Origin: Verrucomicrobiota bacterium
GTDB lineage: Bacteria > Verrucomicrobiota > Verrucomicrobiia > Limisphaerales > JAKPVM01
Assembly (NCBI GenBank): GCA_029572555.1
Contig: JAKPVM010000165.1
Coordinates: forward strand, 1 to 55,564
Length of the DNA: 55,564 nt
Direction: 5' to 3'
Program-made: the position numbers and the translations under genes
In this document: positions 9,911 to 19,544 of the stretch, piece by piece
How positions within the stretch are numbered: position 1 is the stretch's first letter
How the letters are laid out: the number at the start of each line of letters is the position of its first letter
The notes under the pieces: generated by a model
What the model saw: the letters and a program-made list of their open reading frames with translations, nothing else
Databases searched by the model: none
What the model was told of the DNA's origin: nothing

Positions 9911-10597
9911 ATGAGGTATAAAATCCTTATTGTTGATGATGAGCCGGATGTGGTTGAGTTGGTTGAATATAACTTAAAAAATGCCGGGTTTGATGTAATT
10001 AAAAGCGCCGATGGCAATGAGGCTCTAAAAAAGATTCAAAATGAAAATCCCGACTTAATATTATTGGATATAATGCTCCCCAATATTGACGGTTTTGAAA
10101 TTTGCAAAATTTTAAAGAGAAATCCGGACACATCTGCAATTCCGATAATTATGTTAACTGCTAAAGCCGCTGAGGTTGATAAGATTGTTGGATTTGAACT
10201 TGGCGCTGATGATTATATAACCAAACCATTCAGTCCTCGCGAACTCGTCTTAAGGGTGAAAACGCTCCTCAAAAGGATTAAAGGCAATGATGAACTATCA
10301 ACAATAATTCAATCCGGAGCCCTGCGAATAGACACAGCCAGATTTGAAGTTACGGTAAAAGGAAAAAAGATTGAACTTACTGCAACAGAGTTCAAATTAT
10401 TATTAACTTTAGCAAGTCGCCCCGGACGCGTGCAAACTCGTGAACAATTATTGCAGGAGGTCTGGGAATACAATCCATCGGTTGATACTCGTACAGTTGA
10501 CACACATATACGACGATTGAGAGAAAAACTTGGCCAGGCTGCTGACTATATTGAAACTATCCGTGGCTTTGGTTACAAATTTTCAGAAAAACAATGA
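9911..10597 (+). CDS. OmpR/PhoB-family response regulator
   Basis: Receiver domain (ILIVDDE, LLDIMLP, MLTAK) plus winged-helix output (LTATEFKLL...VDTHIRRLREKL...GFGYKF). Confidence 0.9.
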   Translation: MRYKILIVDDEPDVVELVEYNLKNAGFDVIKSADGNEALKKIQNENPDLILLDIMLPNIDGFEICKILKRNPDTSAIPIIMLTAKAAEVDKIVGFELGADDYITKPFSPRELVLRVKTLLKRIKGNDELSTIIQSGALRIDTARFEVTVKGKKIELTATEFKLLLTLASRPGRVQTREQLLQEVWEYNPSVDTRTVDTHIRRLREKLGQAADYIETIRGFGYKFSEKQ

Positions 10598-11796
10598 TTG
10601 CGATAACTGACATCCCAAATTGGCTCTTATTAACAATCGCAGCAATTATTATTTTGGCGGTTTTGTTGATATTCTTCTGGTTTAATAAAATGAATAAAGA
10701 ACTTAAGGATATTCTCCAAAAGTCCGATGAATTGAACAACGCGATTGAAACAGAAAAACTAAAATTCAAACACCAATTAGACTTAATCTTTGATAGCATA
10801 AAAGATGGAGTTTTGATTGTTGATGAAAATGGAATCATTCTTCACGCAAATGTCACGGTTAAAAAGTGGTTCAATTTTCCCGAATCTATTGCAGGGAAAA
10901 ACATATTGAATATCCTTACAACACCTTTTTTGGATACTTTTACAAAACTACTGCGCAGTGAAAATCCAGATGCAGAAACCGATATTGAATTTAGAAATCC
11001 GACCAATTGCAACCTCCACATTGAACGTTCAGTAATTAAACAAGAAAGTGGTGGCATATATGGAATAGTATTTATTGTCCGAGACCAAACTCGTTTGATG
11101 ACACTTGAAAAGACGCGTCAAGAATTCGTCGCTAATGTCAGCCACGAACTACGAACACCTCTTACATTAATAAAAGGCTATGTTGAAACTCTGCTTGATG
11201 GTGCAAAAGATGAACCACAAACCTCGGTTCGCTTTCTCGAAACAATTAAGAAACATTCTGATAGGCTAAATTTTCTAATCGATGACCTGCTAACGATTTC
11301 AACCCTTGAATCAGGAGAGGTAAAGCTTAATTTTCAAACCCATAAATTAAGAGAAATTGTTAATGATGTGATAAACGATTTGAAGGTTAGGGCTGAAGAA
11401 AATAACACAATTATCCACAATCAATTAGACGATACGATTGATGCCTTTGTCGATCCCGAGCGAATTAAACAGGTCTTTTATAACCTGATTGATAATGCAA
11501 TTAAATATGGCAAAAACAGCGGAAACGTCTGGATTGAGTGTCAAAAAAACGAATCGGTTTTAAAAGTCGGCGTAAAAGATGATGGACCGGGTATTCCACC
11601 CGAGGCTCGCGACCGAATTTTTGAACGGTTTTACAGAATTGACAAAGCGCGTTCACGAGAACAAGGGGGAACAGGATTAGGGCTTTCAATCGTAAAGCAT
11701 ATAGTTCAGGCTCACAGTGGAAAAGCGTGGGTTGAAAGTCAGTTTGGAAAAGGCTCTATATTTTATTTCACAATTCCGACGACCAAAAAAATTTAA
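10594..11796 (+). CDS. PhoR-like sensor histidine kinase (TM-PAS-HisKA-HATPase)
   Basis: H box FVANVSHELRTPLT, N box NLIDNAIKY, G1 DDGPGIP, G2 GGTGLGLSIV. The ATGA start overlaps the regulator's stop. Confidence 0.9.
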   Translation: MIAITDIPNWLLLTIAAIIILAVLLIFFWFNKMNKELKDILQKSDELNNAIETEKLKFKHQLDLIFDSIKDGVLIVDENGIILHANVTVKKWFNFPESIAGKNILNILTTPFLDTFTKLLRSENPDAETDIEFRNPTNCNLHIERSVIKQESGGIYGIVFIVRDQTRLMTLEKTRQEFVANVSHELRTPLTLIKGYVETLLDGAKDEPQTSVRFLETIKKHSDRLNFLIDDLLTISTLESGEVKLNFQTHKLREIVNDVINDLKVRAEENNTIIHNQLDDTIDAFVDPERIKQVFYNLIDNAIKYGKNSGNVWIECQKNESVLKVGVKDDGPGIPPEARDRIFERFYRIDKARSREQGGTGLGLSIVKHIVQAHSGKAWVESQFGKGSIFYFTIPTTKKI

Positions 11797-11803
11797 TCAT
11801 CAT

Positions 11804-13867
11804 TTACTTTGAAATATTTTCGATGGCTCTTTCGGTTGCTTTTAATAGCGGTTTAGTGGATAGCGGAGAACCTGTTGCATTTATCATCCAGAGGTCCGGT
11901 GTCAGGTTTCCGTAAGAAGCAATCCGTTCAATTTCTGCACCCAAATTTTCTGAGTTCCTGATTTTCTCCTCAATTTGAAAACTAACAAGGTGTCCGATTG
12001 GATAATCCGCAAGGTATAAAGGGGTAAAAAACATATGAGAATAAACTCCTAAAATAATTTCGTCTCTCTTTTTAAAGACATTTGCGTAATACCTGTTCCA
12101 GACATCTTTCGAAATTTTAATTGTCATTTCTTTTAACATTTCAGGCGTAGCGTTAGGATTTTTATAGAGCCATTCCCATATTTTTATTTCAACAAGTGCG
12201 ACTGCTGCTATCTCGCAACTCATCCAGTAGGTATCAAGGGCGTTGTAATCTTGAGATTGCGGATTTTGGCGTGATATAGCCAATGCTTTCAAATCCCTAT
12301 CCTGAAACACATAAGCGATTGCCTCAGTGCAAGCGTTATTGGGGACGCTATAGAGCAATGTATAATCAACCATATTCAATGAAAACGTTTGTTCTACATT
12401 ATGCCCCATTTCATGCATTGCGATATTAAAACCCTTATAATCCATCCCATTTGTCCCGATGTGCGTCCGCAATCTGGCAGGATATCCTCTCTTTGCGTGC
12501 CCCATTGCGTGCCCTGTCCCGCGTGAAGCCTCCACCTGAATATTCTTTTGCAAAAATTCAGCCCGTTCTTTTGAAAAACCAATTCGTTCCAAAATGTTAG
12601 TCATATCTTTATGAAAAGAATCGGCATCGGGGTATTTCTTTGAAATCATAGAGTTTATCATAGATTCATTAGTAATTAAATTAGGGCGAAATCCGTTGTA
12701 CCAAATATCAAAAGGCTCAAGTGGACGACCAAGCCGTTTTTCTATTAAATTTGCCGTTTTTCCAAGCAATGGCGAAGACAATAATTCATCAAGCATTCGT
12801 TCAACATCATCTTTTGAGATTTGCCGTTCCTCATTAAATTTTCTATCAAGATATGTAGGCGAAAAAGGACAATACTTATCAGATGCCTTAATCGCCTTAA
12901 AAATATCCAGCAATACTTTATAACGAGTGTTTGGTTCTGGCTTTGATAAATTATCAAGATTTGAGTCTGTTCTATCCTGTGTCTCCTTAGATATAACCAC
13001 GTTAGAATAAGGCTTCCAATCTGTCTTTGGGTTATTAATCACGATACGAGGAATTGTCTGTGTTATAATTCTTTCCATTATTTTTTGAATCATCCGTTGT
13101 CGCACCAATCCATCCGGTTCAGAATACTGCGCTTTAATTTCATCACGTAAATTCCAGTGTGAAATCAAAACAAGCCCCTCAGGAAAAAGCCTATTTCCAT
13201 TTTCATCAAGGCAATTGTGCATCCATATTTTATAGTCTGATGTGTATAATTCGCCGGCGCTTAAAACCCTCCCAATTCTACTCACTACTTCACCGGGGAT
13301 TCTTTTTGAAAACCGTTGCGCAAGCCTCACCTCAGCCCATTGTCTTCGGCTCCATAACGAACCTTCACGGTTTTTCTCGTCAAGTGATTTAATCGGAAAG
13401 TTTAAAAGCACAATAAATGCAATTTTATTTTTAAAAAAATCGTCGTTCAAATGAGCCGCAGGGTCATATCCTCCAAACAGGGCATCAACAGGCAAAAGTT
13501 CTCCGCAATCTAAATCCATCTCTTTGCGAAGTTCATAACCCATTTCCGCAAAATACCCGTCTATAGCTTCAAATTTTTTCCCAAATCTACCGAGCAATAG
13601 GGCAATCTTATTTTCATCTGCATAAAAATTTTCTTTTACAAACAACTCAAATTCTTTGGCATCACCATCCTCTTTTTGCCAGAACATTGCTACCTGTTTA
13701 ATCCCTTGCTTAATCCTTGATGAACATTTTTCACCATATTTTGCAATTAATTCCTTTTCTAATCTCTGATCGCTTTTATTTAAAAAGGCGGGAACCTTAT
13801 CGATAGCAAACAGCATAGTCATACTGGAAACTACAAAAACAGTGGTTAATGTCGATTTCAATTTCAT
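11804..13867 (-). CDS. secreted zinc metallopeptidase (HEXXH gluzincin-like)
   Basis: 687 aa with a signal peptide and a single AMHEMGHNVEQ zinc-binding motif. The family (M2/M3/M32-like) was not resolved by eye. Confidence 0.55.
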   Translation of the reverse strand: MKLKSTLTTVFVVSSMTMLFAIDKVPAFLNKSDQRLEKELIAKYGEKCSSRIKQGIKQVAMFWQKEDGDAKEFELFVKENFYADENKIALLLGRFGKKFEAIDGYFAEMGYELRKEMDLDCGELLPVDALFGGYDPAAHLNDDFFKNKIAFIVLLNFPIKSLDEKNREGSLWSRRQWAEVRLAQRFSKRIPGEVVSRIGRVLSAGELYTSDYKIWMHNCLDENGNRLFPEGLVLISHWNLRDEIKAQYSEPDGLVRQRMIQKIMERIITQTIPRIVINNPKTDWKPYSNVVISKETQDRTDSNLDNLSKPEPNTRYKVLLDIFKAIKASDKYCPFSPTYLDRKFNEERQISKDDVERMLDELLSSPLLGKTANLIEKRLGRPLEPFDIWYNGFRPNLITNESMINSMISKKYPDADSFHKDMTNILERIGFSKERAEFLQKNIQVEASRGTGHAMGHAKRGYPARLRTHIGTNGMDYKGFNIAMHEMGHNVEQTFSLNMVDYTLLYSVPNNACTEAIAYVFQDRDLKALAISRQNPQSQDYNALDTYWMSCEIAAVALVEIKIWEWLYKNPNATPEMLKEMTIKISKDVWNRYYANVFKKRDEIILGVYSHMFFTPLYLADYPIGHLVSFQIEEKIRNSENLGAEIERIASYGNLTPDLWMINATGSPLSTKPLLKATERAIENISK

Positions 13868-14127
13868 AAATCACTTTTACATCTTAAAATTCGATTTATC
13901 AAAATAATTTGGATTTCTTTTTGTATTTGCAAACAAGGATATTCTTCTTTTTTCAAACACGAATATGATATTCTTATTATAATGAATTCTCTTGCGATAT
14001 TGAAGCGCCAACTCAAAAAGTCTTACATGCTTAATCGTAAATATGGCGAATTATAATCGCCTGATTTGTAGCAAAAACTGGGCGAATATGTTGGAATTTT
14101 GTTTGAAGTTTTGTTAAACAACTAATA

Positions 14128-14784
14128 ATGATTAAATGGTTAGTCAGAATTTTGTTTTTGTTAATAACGTTAGCGATAGCGTTTGTTCTGCTAATAGATA
14201 CCATCGCCAAAGAACTTTCCGAATCATTTTTAAGCAAATCATTAAACACAGAAGTATCAATTGGTAATATTGATGTCTCGCTTACGTCACCGAGTATAAG
14301 GATAGAAAATCTTGTGATTTATAACCCGGCGCGGTTTGGCGGTTCAAAGTTCATAGAGATACCAGACGCCTATGTTGAATACAATTTTCATCAGGCTTTA
14401 AAGCAGAATCTTTTTATTGATCTTTTGAGAGTTAATTGTTCTTTTATTAATTATGTTTATGATAATTCAAATCAATTTAACACTGAAACCATCTTTCAAA
14501 ACATAGGAAAGACCAATAGCCTATTCTCATCTGACATTTATATATTTATTAAGACATTGAACGTCTCAATCGGAACAGTAAGATGGACATATCTCACAAC
14601 ACCTGTAATCATGCAAGAACTCAATGTGGACATCAAAAATTATATCGTCAATAACATCTCATCAAAGGAATTTAACGCAAAATATTTTAATAACCTATTA
14701 ATCCAAATCCTTTTGCAGAGTGGAAAGATTGGTATCAAAGATGGAAAATTAATTATTTCAAACAACCCAAAGTCCAGCAAGTAA
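14128..14784 (+). CDS. hypothetical membrane-anchored protein
   Basis: 218-aa ORF with an N-terminal TM (LVRILFLLITLAIAFVLLI) and a beta-rich remainder. No motif recognised. Confidence 0.45.
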   Translation: MIKWLVRILFLLITLAIAFVLLIDTIAKELSESFLSKSLNTEVSIGNIDVSLTSPSIRIENLVIYNPARFGGSKFIEIPDAYVEYNFHQALKQNLFIDLLRVNCSFINYVYDNSNQFNTETIFQNIGKTNSLFSSDIYIFIKTLNVSIGTVRWTYLTTPVIMQELNVDIKNYIVNNISSKEFNAKYFNNLLIQILLQSGKIGIKDGKLIISNNPKSSK

Positions 14785-14807
14785 AGAATCTAATAATGTT
14801 AAATTAT

Positions 14808-15057
14808 CTGAATTATTAGCACAGATATCGGATTAATACACAATAACCAAAAATATATACACCAGCTGTAGGCTGGCATTTTTAACTCCGTCAGGAGTGG
14901 CAGGATTATAGCATAGACATTAACACAGAGAAAAACCACGGCAGCGGTGACAGAGCGATAATTCAGAATCCTAATAATGGCTCTGTCACCGCTTTCAGCG
15001 GTTTATGATTTTGTGTATTTCCTTTGCTATAATCCTGTCACCCGCTTTCGCAGGTTG
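14808..15057 (+). repeat. structured intergenic repeat element, copy 1 (nested inverted repeats, hairpin-capped)
   Basis: The reverse complement of 43978-44277 matches this segment. Hairpins lie at 14862-14876 and 14885-14898. The outer arms are 14897-14913 and 15025-15041 (16/17 Watson-Crick plus one G:T). The inner arms are 14943-14956 and 14980-14993 (14/14). A terminal hairpin is at 15040-15055. No ORF. Confidence 0.85.
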
Positions 15058-15136
15058 GGTTTATACTATTTTGCAACTTCATCAAATATGCGTCCCAAAA
15101 TGCAATTGTTATTGGTTTGCTAATGATTGAGGTAAA

Positions 15137-17005
15137 CTACCAGTTCTTAAAATTACGACTGGTATTTTTTTGTTTATCGCTTTCGGGGGGAATGAATATC
15201 AATGGTTTCTCCTCCGATTTTTGAGCCTCTAAAAGTTTTTGAACCTGTTCTGGGGTCATATATACAGCCTTTGTTTCAGCCATACCTTGTGAGTTTGTTT
15301 CGCCTTGTTTATTCTGCTGGGCTTGTTGCTGATTGTCTTGTTTGCCTTGTTGTTTCTGTTGGGCTTGCTGCTGTTTCTGTTGTTCTTCTTGTTCCTTCTG
15401 CTGTTGGTCTTTCTGTTGCTGATTATTTTTCTGCTGCTGTTCGTTTTTATCTTTCTGATTTTTCTCGTTTTCCTTCTGTTGTTTATCTTCCTTATTGTTA
15501 TCCTTTTGCTGCTGATTTTGTTTTGGAAGTTGTTTCTCCAATTCCTCAATCTTCTTTTTTACAAATTCATAGTTAAACTGTGCATTTTTGTCTTTCGGGT
15601 TAAATTTTAAGGCGGCGGCATAATAATTTGTGGAAAGTTTCCATTGTTCATATCTTTTGGATAAATCCTGTTCTTTTTCGCCAATCCGATAAAGTGTATT
15701 TCCCATATTGTATAAAGCCTTTTGTTGAAGTTCAGGATTTTTTGGCGCATTTAACGCAAGCGCAAAATAATTTGAAGCAACCTCATATCTATCTATCATA
15801 TAAGCGGCTGCACCTACGTTGAACGAGAGTTTAGGGTCATCCGGTTTCTTTTTCAGTAAATCCTCAAACTCGTGCAGGGCTGTTTTGTATTTTTTTTCAT
15901 TAAAGTTCTTTATTGCAGAACTCAATGAGGCATTGGCAGAATTAAAATTAATTATACATATCACAAAAAGAAATACGCCAATATTTCCTGCAATTTTGCC
16001 AATCTTGAACGATGTTTTTCTTTCCGGTAAAAACATTTCTACTATTAATAATAATATTGCAATCAATAGCAGTATGTAAAATCTTTCATTAAATTTCTTT
16101 ACCCATCTTGCTGACTGCTCGCCTTTTGGCAAAGGAGCAATGCCGCGTTCATATAAAGTTTCAATGGTCTTTGCGCCTGTGAGTTGCAGATAAAAGCCGC
16201 CGGTTTTTGCTGCAATTTCTTGTAGCAAATTCTGGTTAAGACGCGAAACCACTGGTCTTCTATTTTCGTCAAGGACAGTTTCCATCTTTCCATTTTTTCC
16301 CATCACACGCAAAGTTTCGCCCTCCGGTGTTCCGACGCCGACTGTAAATATTTTAATTCCTTTTTTTGCGGCTTCTCCTGCGGCATCAATTGCGTTTCCT
16401 TCAAGGTCTTCGCCATCGGTAAATATAACAATGATTCTGTGATTTTCTGTTCCCTCTTTGAATGCATCTGCTGCAATTTTTATTGCCTCACCTATTGCTG
16501 TTCCGCCCTGTGGCATAATATCGACGTCAAGAACATTTACGCTTTGCCTGAAGGCTTCGTCATCAAGCGTAAATGGACATTGCAAAAATGCTATACCCGC
16601 AAAGGTTACAAGACCGAGCCTGTCGCTTTTTGCTATTGAAATTAAATCAAGCGCAGCGAGTTTAGCCCGAGTAAGCCGATTCGGTTTAATATCTTCGGCA
16701 AGCATACTGCGGGATGTATCGATTGCCACGATTATATCAAGGCCGCGTTGCTTGACTTCCTCCCACTTGAAACCCCATTGCGGACGCGCCGCCGCAAGGA
16801 TTAAAAAAATAAAAGAGCAAATAACCAATGCCATTTTCCATTTTTTAATCTTAAATGATACTTCACCTGTAAGGGTATCCATTAGATTCGGGTGGACAAA
16901 CTTTGTAATAAGTTCCCTATTTTTTTTCCATGCAATAAAGTAAAACCATATAACTGCTGGGACAATCAGCAGCAACCATAAAACTGATGGCGAACCAAAT
17001 TGCAT
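15137..17005 (-). CDS. batB: BatB/BatC-like fusion: TM + von Willebrand A domain + TPR + Gln/Lys-rich tail
   Basis: 622 aa. MIDAS motif AIDTSRSM...TDGED, mid-protein TM, TPR-like region (YNMGNTLYRIGE...YYAAALKFNPKD), then a low-complexity Q/K/N/E tract. Last gene of the MoxR operon. Confidence 0.8.
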   Translation of the reverse strand: MQFGSPSVLWLLLIVPAVIWFYFIAWKKNRELITKFVHPNLMDTLTGEVSFKIKKWKMALVICSFIFLILAAARPQWGFKWEEVKQRGLDIIVAIDTSRSMLAEDIKPNRLTRAKLAALDLISIAKSDRLGLVTFAGIAFLQCPFTLDDEAFRQSVNVLDVDIMPQGGTAIGEAIKIAADAFKEGTENHRIIVIFTDGEDLEGNAIDAAGEAAKKGIKIFTVGVGTPEGETLRVMGKNGKMETVLDENRRPVVSRLNQNLLQEIAAKTGGFYLQLTGAKTIETLYERGIAPLPKGEQSARWVKKFNERFYILLLIAILLLIVEMFLPERKTSFKIGKIAGNIGVFLFVICIINFNSANASLSSAIKNFNEKKYKTALHEFEDLLKKKPDDPKLSFNVGAAAYMIDRYEVASNYFALALNAPKNPELQQKALYNMGNTLYRIGEKEQDLSKRYEQWKLSTNYYAAALKFNPKDKNAQFNYEFVKKKIEELEKQLPKQNQQQKDNNKEDKQQKENEKNQKDKNEQQQKNNQQQKDQQQKEQEEQQKQQQAQQKQQGKQDNQQQAQQNKQGETNSQGMAETKAVYMTPEQVQKLLEAQKSEEKPLIFIPPESDKQKNTSRNFKNW

Positions 17006-18049
17006 TTATGGGATCCTTCTAAATACTGTCTGTTTTAAAACCACTTCGGTCAAAAGCGAACAGATAGACGCCATTATGAACCAGTTAAAAAGTTCGTAAT
17101 GACGAACAAACTTTTTGGTTTTGACCTCAGTTTTTTCCATCTTATCAATCTCGTCATAGATTGAGCGAAATCGTGCTGTATCATCAGCCCGGTAATACTT
17201 TCCGCCAGTCATAGCGGCGATTTTTTTCAGAGTATCTTCGTCAATATCTACTGCTTGTGGAACTTTAACAATCCTCCCAAAGAAATCTCGTCTTAGAACA
17301 TAAGATTCTCCGTGTTTTCCAATTCCAACCGTATAAATTTTTACTCCGAGTGTTTTAGCGGCTTCTGCTGCTGTTAATGGCAAAACCTTTCCTGCGTTAT
17401 TTTGTCCATCTGTCATAAGGATGATTATCTTACTTTTTGCCTCTACATCTTTTAATCTTGCCAGAGCTGACATAATAGCCGAACCGATGGCTGTGTTTTG
17501 CTCTTTAACCACTCCAAGTTCTAACCTCTCAATATTTTGAAGCAGATAATCGTGGTCAAGTGTGAGTGGTGAAACCATATAAGCCAGTCCGCCAAATGCG
17601 ACAAGTCCAATTCTGTCGCTTGGTCGTTTTGAGATAAATTGTTTTAATACCTCTTTTGCCATATCAAACCTGCTGACATCGTTGCCGCGGAGGTTAAAAT
17701 CCATTGCCTCCATACTGCCTGACATATCAAGTGCAATAACAATATCTATACCGCTTGCGCTTATTGAAGTTTCAGTTTCGGTCAATCTCGGTTGAGCAAG
17801 GGCTAAAAACGCAAGCGCCAGTGTGAACCATCTCAAACTACTTACTAACGCCCCTGTTTTTGAACTGATTCTACGGTACCACGGTTGTATTAACTTTATA
17901 GATGAATATAAGACAGCAGCAGAACCGCCGGTACGCCCTTTCAAATATGCAAGAATGGGTATGAGCAACAACAGGAGCAGAGCCAATGGATGTCCAAATT
18001 CAAATGATGGCACCCGGCTAAATCCAGCTATGTTCAAGATTTCCTTCAT
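17006..18049 (-). CDS. batA: BatA-like von Willebrand A domain membrane protein
   Basis: 347 aa with two N-terminal TMs, MIDAS ALDMSGSM...MTDGQNN and a C-terminal TM. Abuts the batB-like gene. Confidence 0.85.
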   Translation of the reverse strand: MKEILNIAGFSRVPSFEFGHPLALLLLLLIPILAYLKGRTGGSAAVLYSSIKLIQPWYRRISSKTGALVSSLRWFTLALAFLALAQPRLTETETSISASGIDIVIALDMSGSMEAMDFNLRGNDVSRFDMAKEVLKQFISKRPSDRIGLVAFGGLAYMVSPLTLDHDYLLQNIERLELGVVKEQNTAIGSAIMSALARLKDVEAKSKIIILMTDGQNNAGKVLPLTAAEAAKTLGVKIYTVGIGKHGESYVLRRDFFGRIVKVPQAVDIDEDTLKKIAAMTGGKYYRADDTARFRSIYDEIDKMEKTEVKTKKFVRHYELFNWFIMASICSLLTEVVLKQTVFRRIP

Positions 18050-18618
18050 ACCGCTACCTTCGTTGATGCAACGTTTTCTCCATATTGGGCGGTTTCGTCT
18101 ATCAACTTTAAAGCCGAGTCAAGCAACGATATCAAATCTTCTTCTGTTGGTTCATACCGGGCAAATTTTACAAGGTCGCATCGTGTCAAAAAATCAGCCA
18201 ACAAAATTTTTTGTTCAGGAGATAAATGCGAGGTTTTTTGCAAATCCAGAAGAAATTCATCGGTTGTCCGTTCTGGTGCGCGAAGTGAAAACCGTTCTTC
18301 AAGATAAATCCTTAACGCATCAGAAATTTCAAAACAAAATTGACGCGGGTCGCCAATTAATCTTTTTGCCTGTTCTATCCTTTGTTTAGCGCGCAAATGC
18401 GGTGGTATAATAATTACGGGCAGTTGTTTATCTTTCTTACTAAACTTTCTATAAAGAAAATAACCAGCAAGTACCGCAAGCAAACCAACCAGCAAGATTA
18501 ACATTGTGTAGTTATTTGAGGTCTCCAGAGAAGTGTTAATTGGCTTAATGTCGTTTGTCTCCTGCAATTGGCTTTTTGCAGGAACCACAACAACATTTGT
18601 ATTTTTGGCTAACGGCAT
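18046..18618 (-). CDS. small membrane protein of the Bat/MoxR operon (DUF4381-like)
   Basis: 190 aa with a single TM (MLILLVGLLAVLAGYFLY). It sits between the DUF58 and BatA genes, as in Bat operons. Its 4-nt overlap with batA suggests translational coupling. Confidence 0.55.
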   Translation of the reverse strand: MPLAKNTNVVVVPAKSQLQETNDIKPINTSLETSNNYTMLILLVGLLAVLAGYFLYRKFSKKDKQLPVIIIPPHLRAKQRIEQAKRLIGDPRQFCFEISDALRIYLEERFSLRAPERTTDEFLLDLQKTSHLSPEQKILLADFLTRCDLVKFARYEPTEEDLISLLDSALKLIDETAQYGENVASTKVAV

Positions 18619-18639
18619 ACAGAAACAAAATAAATTAGA

Positions 18640-19533
18640 CTAACCGCGAAACCGTCGTTTCTCACGTTGTTTAAAAAATCTTTCAAGTTCACCGGCATAC
18701 GGCTGACCATTGGTAATCTTGATTAAGTCAATCCCGAGCATCCTTAAATTTTTCTTCAATTCATCCTGCCAATATTCCCTTCGTCTGGCAAATGCGCTAC
18801 GAATTCCAACGTCGCTGGTGTTAATTTCCATAATTTCTCCTGTCTCGGCATCCTCAAGCGCAATTCTGCCAACATCCGGAAGTTGCATCTCATTAGGGTC
18901 AACAATCTGGATAGTAACAAGGTCGTGTTTTTTATTTACCTGTCGTAGAACTGAACTGTCGAACTCCGTCAAAAAATCGCTGATTACCACTACTATTGCC
19001 CTGCGAGTTGTTATGCGGAGCAGAAATTCGGCGGCAGCATTAAGGTTTGTTCCTCTTTGCTGTGGTTCAAAATATAATATTTCCCTTATGACCCGCAATA
19101 CATGTCGTTCACCTTTTCTTGGAGCAATATATTTTTCAACATCTTCCGTGAATAAGATTAAACCGACCCTGTCATTATTTCGGATTGCCGAAAATGCAAG
19201 GACACAAGCAATCTCACCAGCAAGTTCGCGTTTGCTTTGAATTGTTGAACCAAAAATCCCGGACGCGCTTAAATCCACAATCAACATCAACGTAAGTTCG
19301 CGTTCCTCAACAAATTTTTTTATAAAAGGGTGGTTCATTCGTGCGGTTACATTCCAATCAATCAACCGCACATCATCGCCGGGTTGATATTCGCGCACCT
19401 CGTCAAAATTCATCCCCAGTCCTTTAAAAACACTATGGTATTGCCCGGATAAAGTCTCATTAACCAATCGGTTCGTTCTGAGTTCTATTCGTCTAATCTT
19501 TTTTAAAATCTCTGGGGGTATGGCTTTTTCCAT
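18640..19533 (-). CDS. DUF58-family protein (MoxR partner, VWA-like)
   Basis: Contains VFKGLGMNFDEVREYQPGDDVRLIDWNVTAR, the signature region of DUF58. Confidence 0.9.
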   Translation of the reverse strand: MEKAIPPEILKKIRRIELRTNRLVNETLSGQYHSVFKGLGMNFDEVREYQPGDDVRLIDWNVTARMNHPFIKKFVEERELTLMLIVDLSASGIFGSTIQSKRELAGEIACVLAFSAIRNNDRVGLILFTEDVEKYIAPRKGERHVLRVIREILYFEPQQRGTNLNAAAEFLLRITTRRAIVVVISDFLTEFDSSVLRQVNKKHDLVTIQIVDPNEMQLPDVGRIALEDAETGEIMEINTSDVGIRSAFARRREYWQDELKKNLRMLGIDLIKITNGQPYAGELERFFKQREKRRFRG

Positions 19534-19544
19534 AAAAAGGAGGA

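Noticed and set aside
14815-14840. TTAGCAC in the left module of the repeat resembles the left half of the CIRCE heat-shock operator (TTAGCACTC-N9-GAGTGCTAA).
   Set aside because: No matching right half-site occurs at the N9 spacing. The context is not upstream of chaperone genes.
15305-15610. A 101-aa Leu/Phe-only ORF, plus the neighbouring ORFs 15202-15576 and 15256-15549, which look like an extremely hydrophobic peptide.
   Set aside because: They are frame and antisense shadows of the CTG/TTG-rich DNA that encodes the Gln/Lys tract of the BatB/C-like gene. They have no independent start context and are pure low complexity.
16458-19240. Long antisense ORFs (16458-16943, 17823-18389, 18710-19240, 161-188 aa) inside the Bat operon.
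   Set aside because: Each lies fully opposite a gene with strong family motifs (VWA MIDAS, DUF58). They are Ser/Arg/Leu-rich, as is typical of antisense frames.
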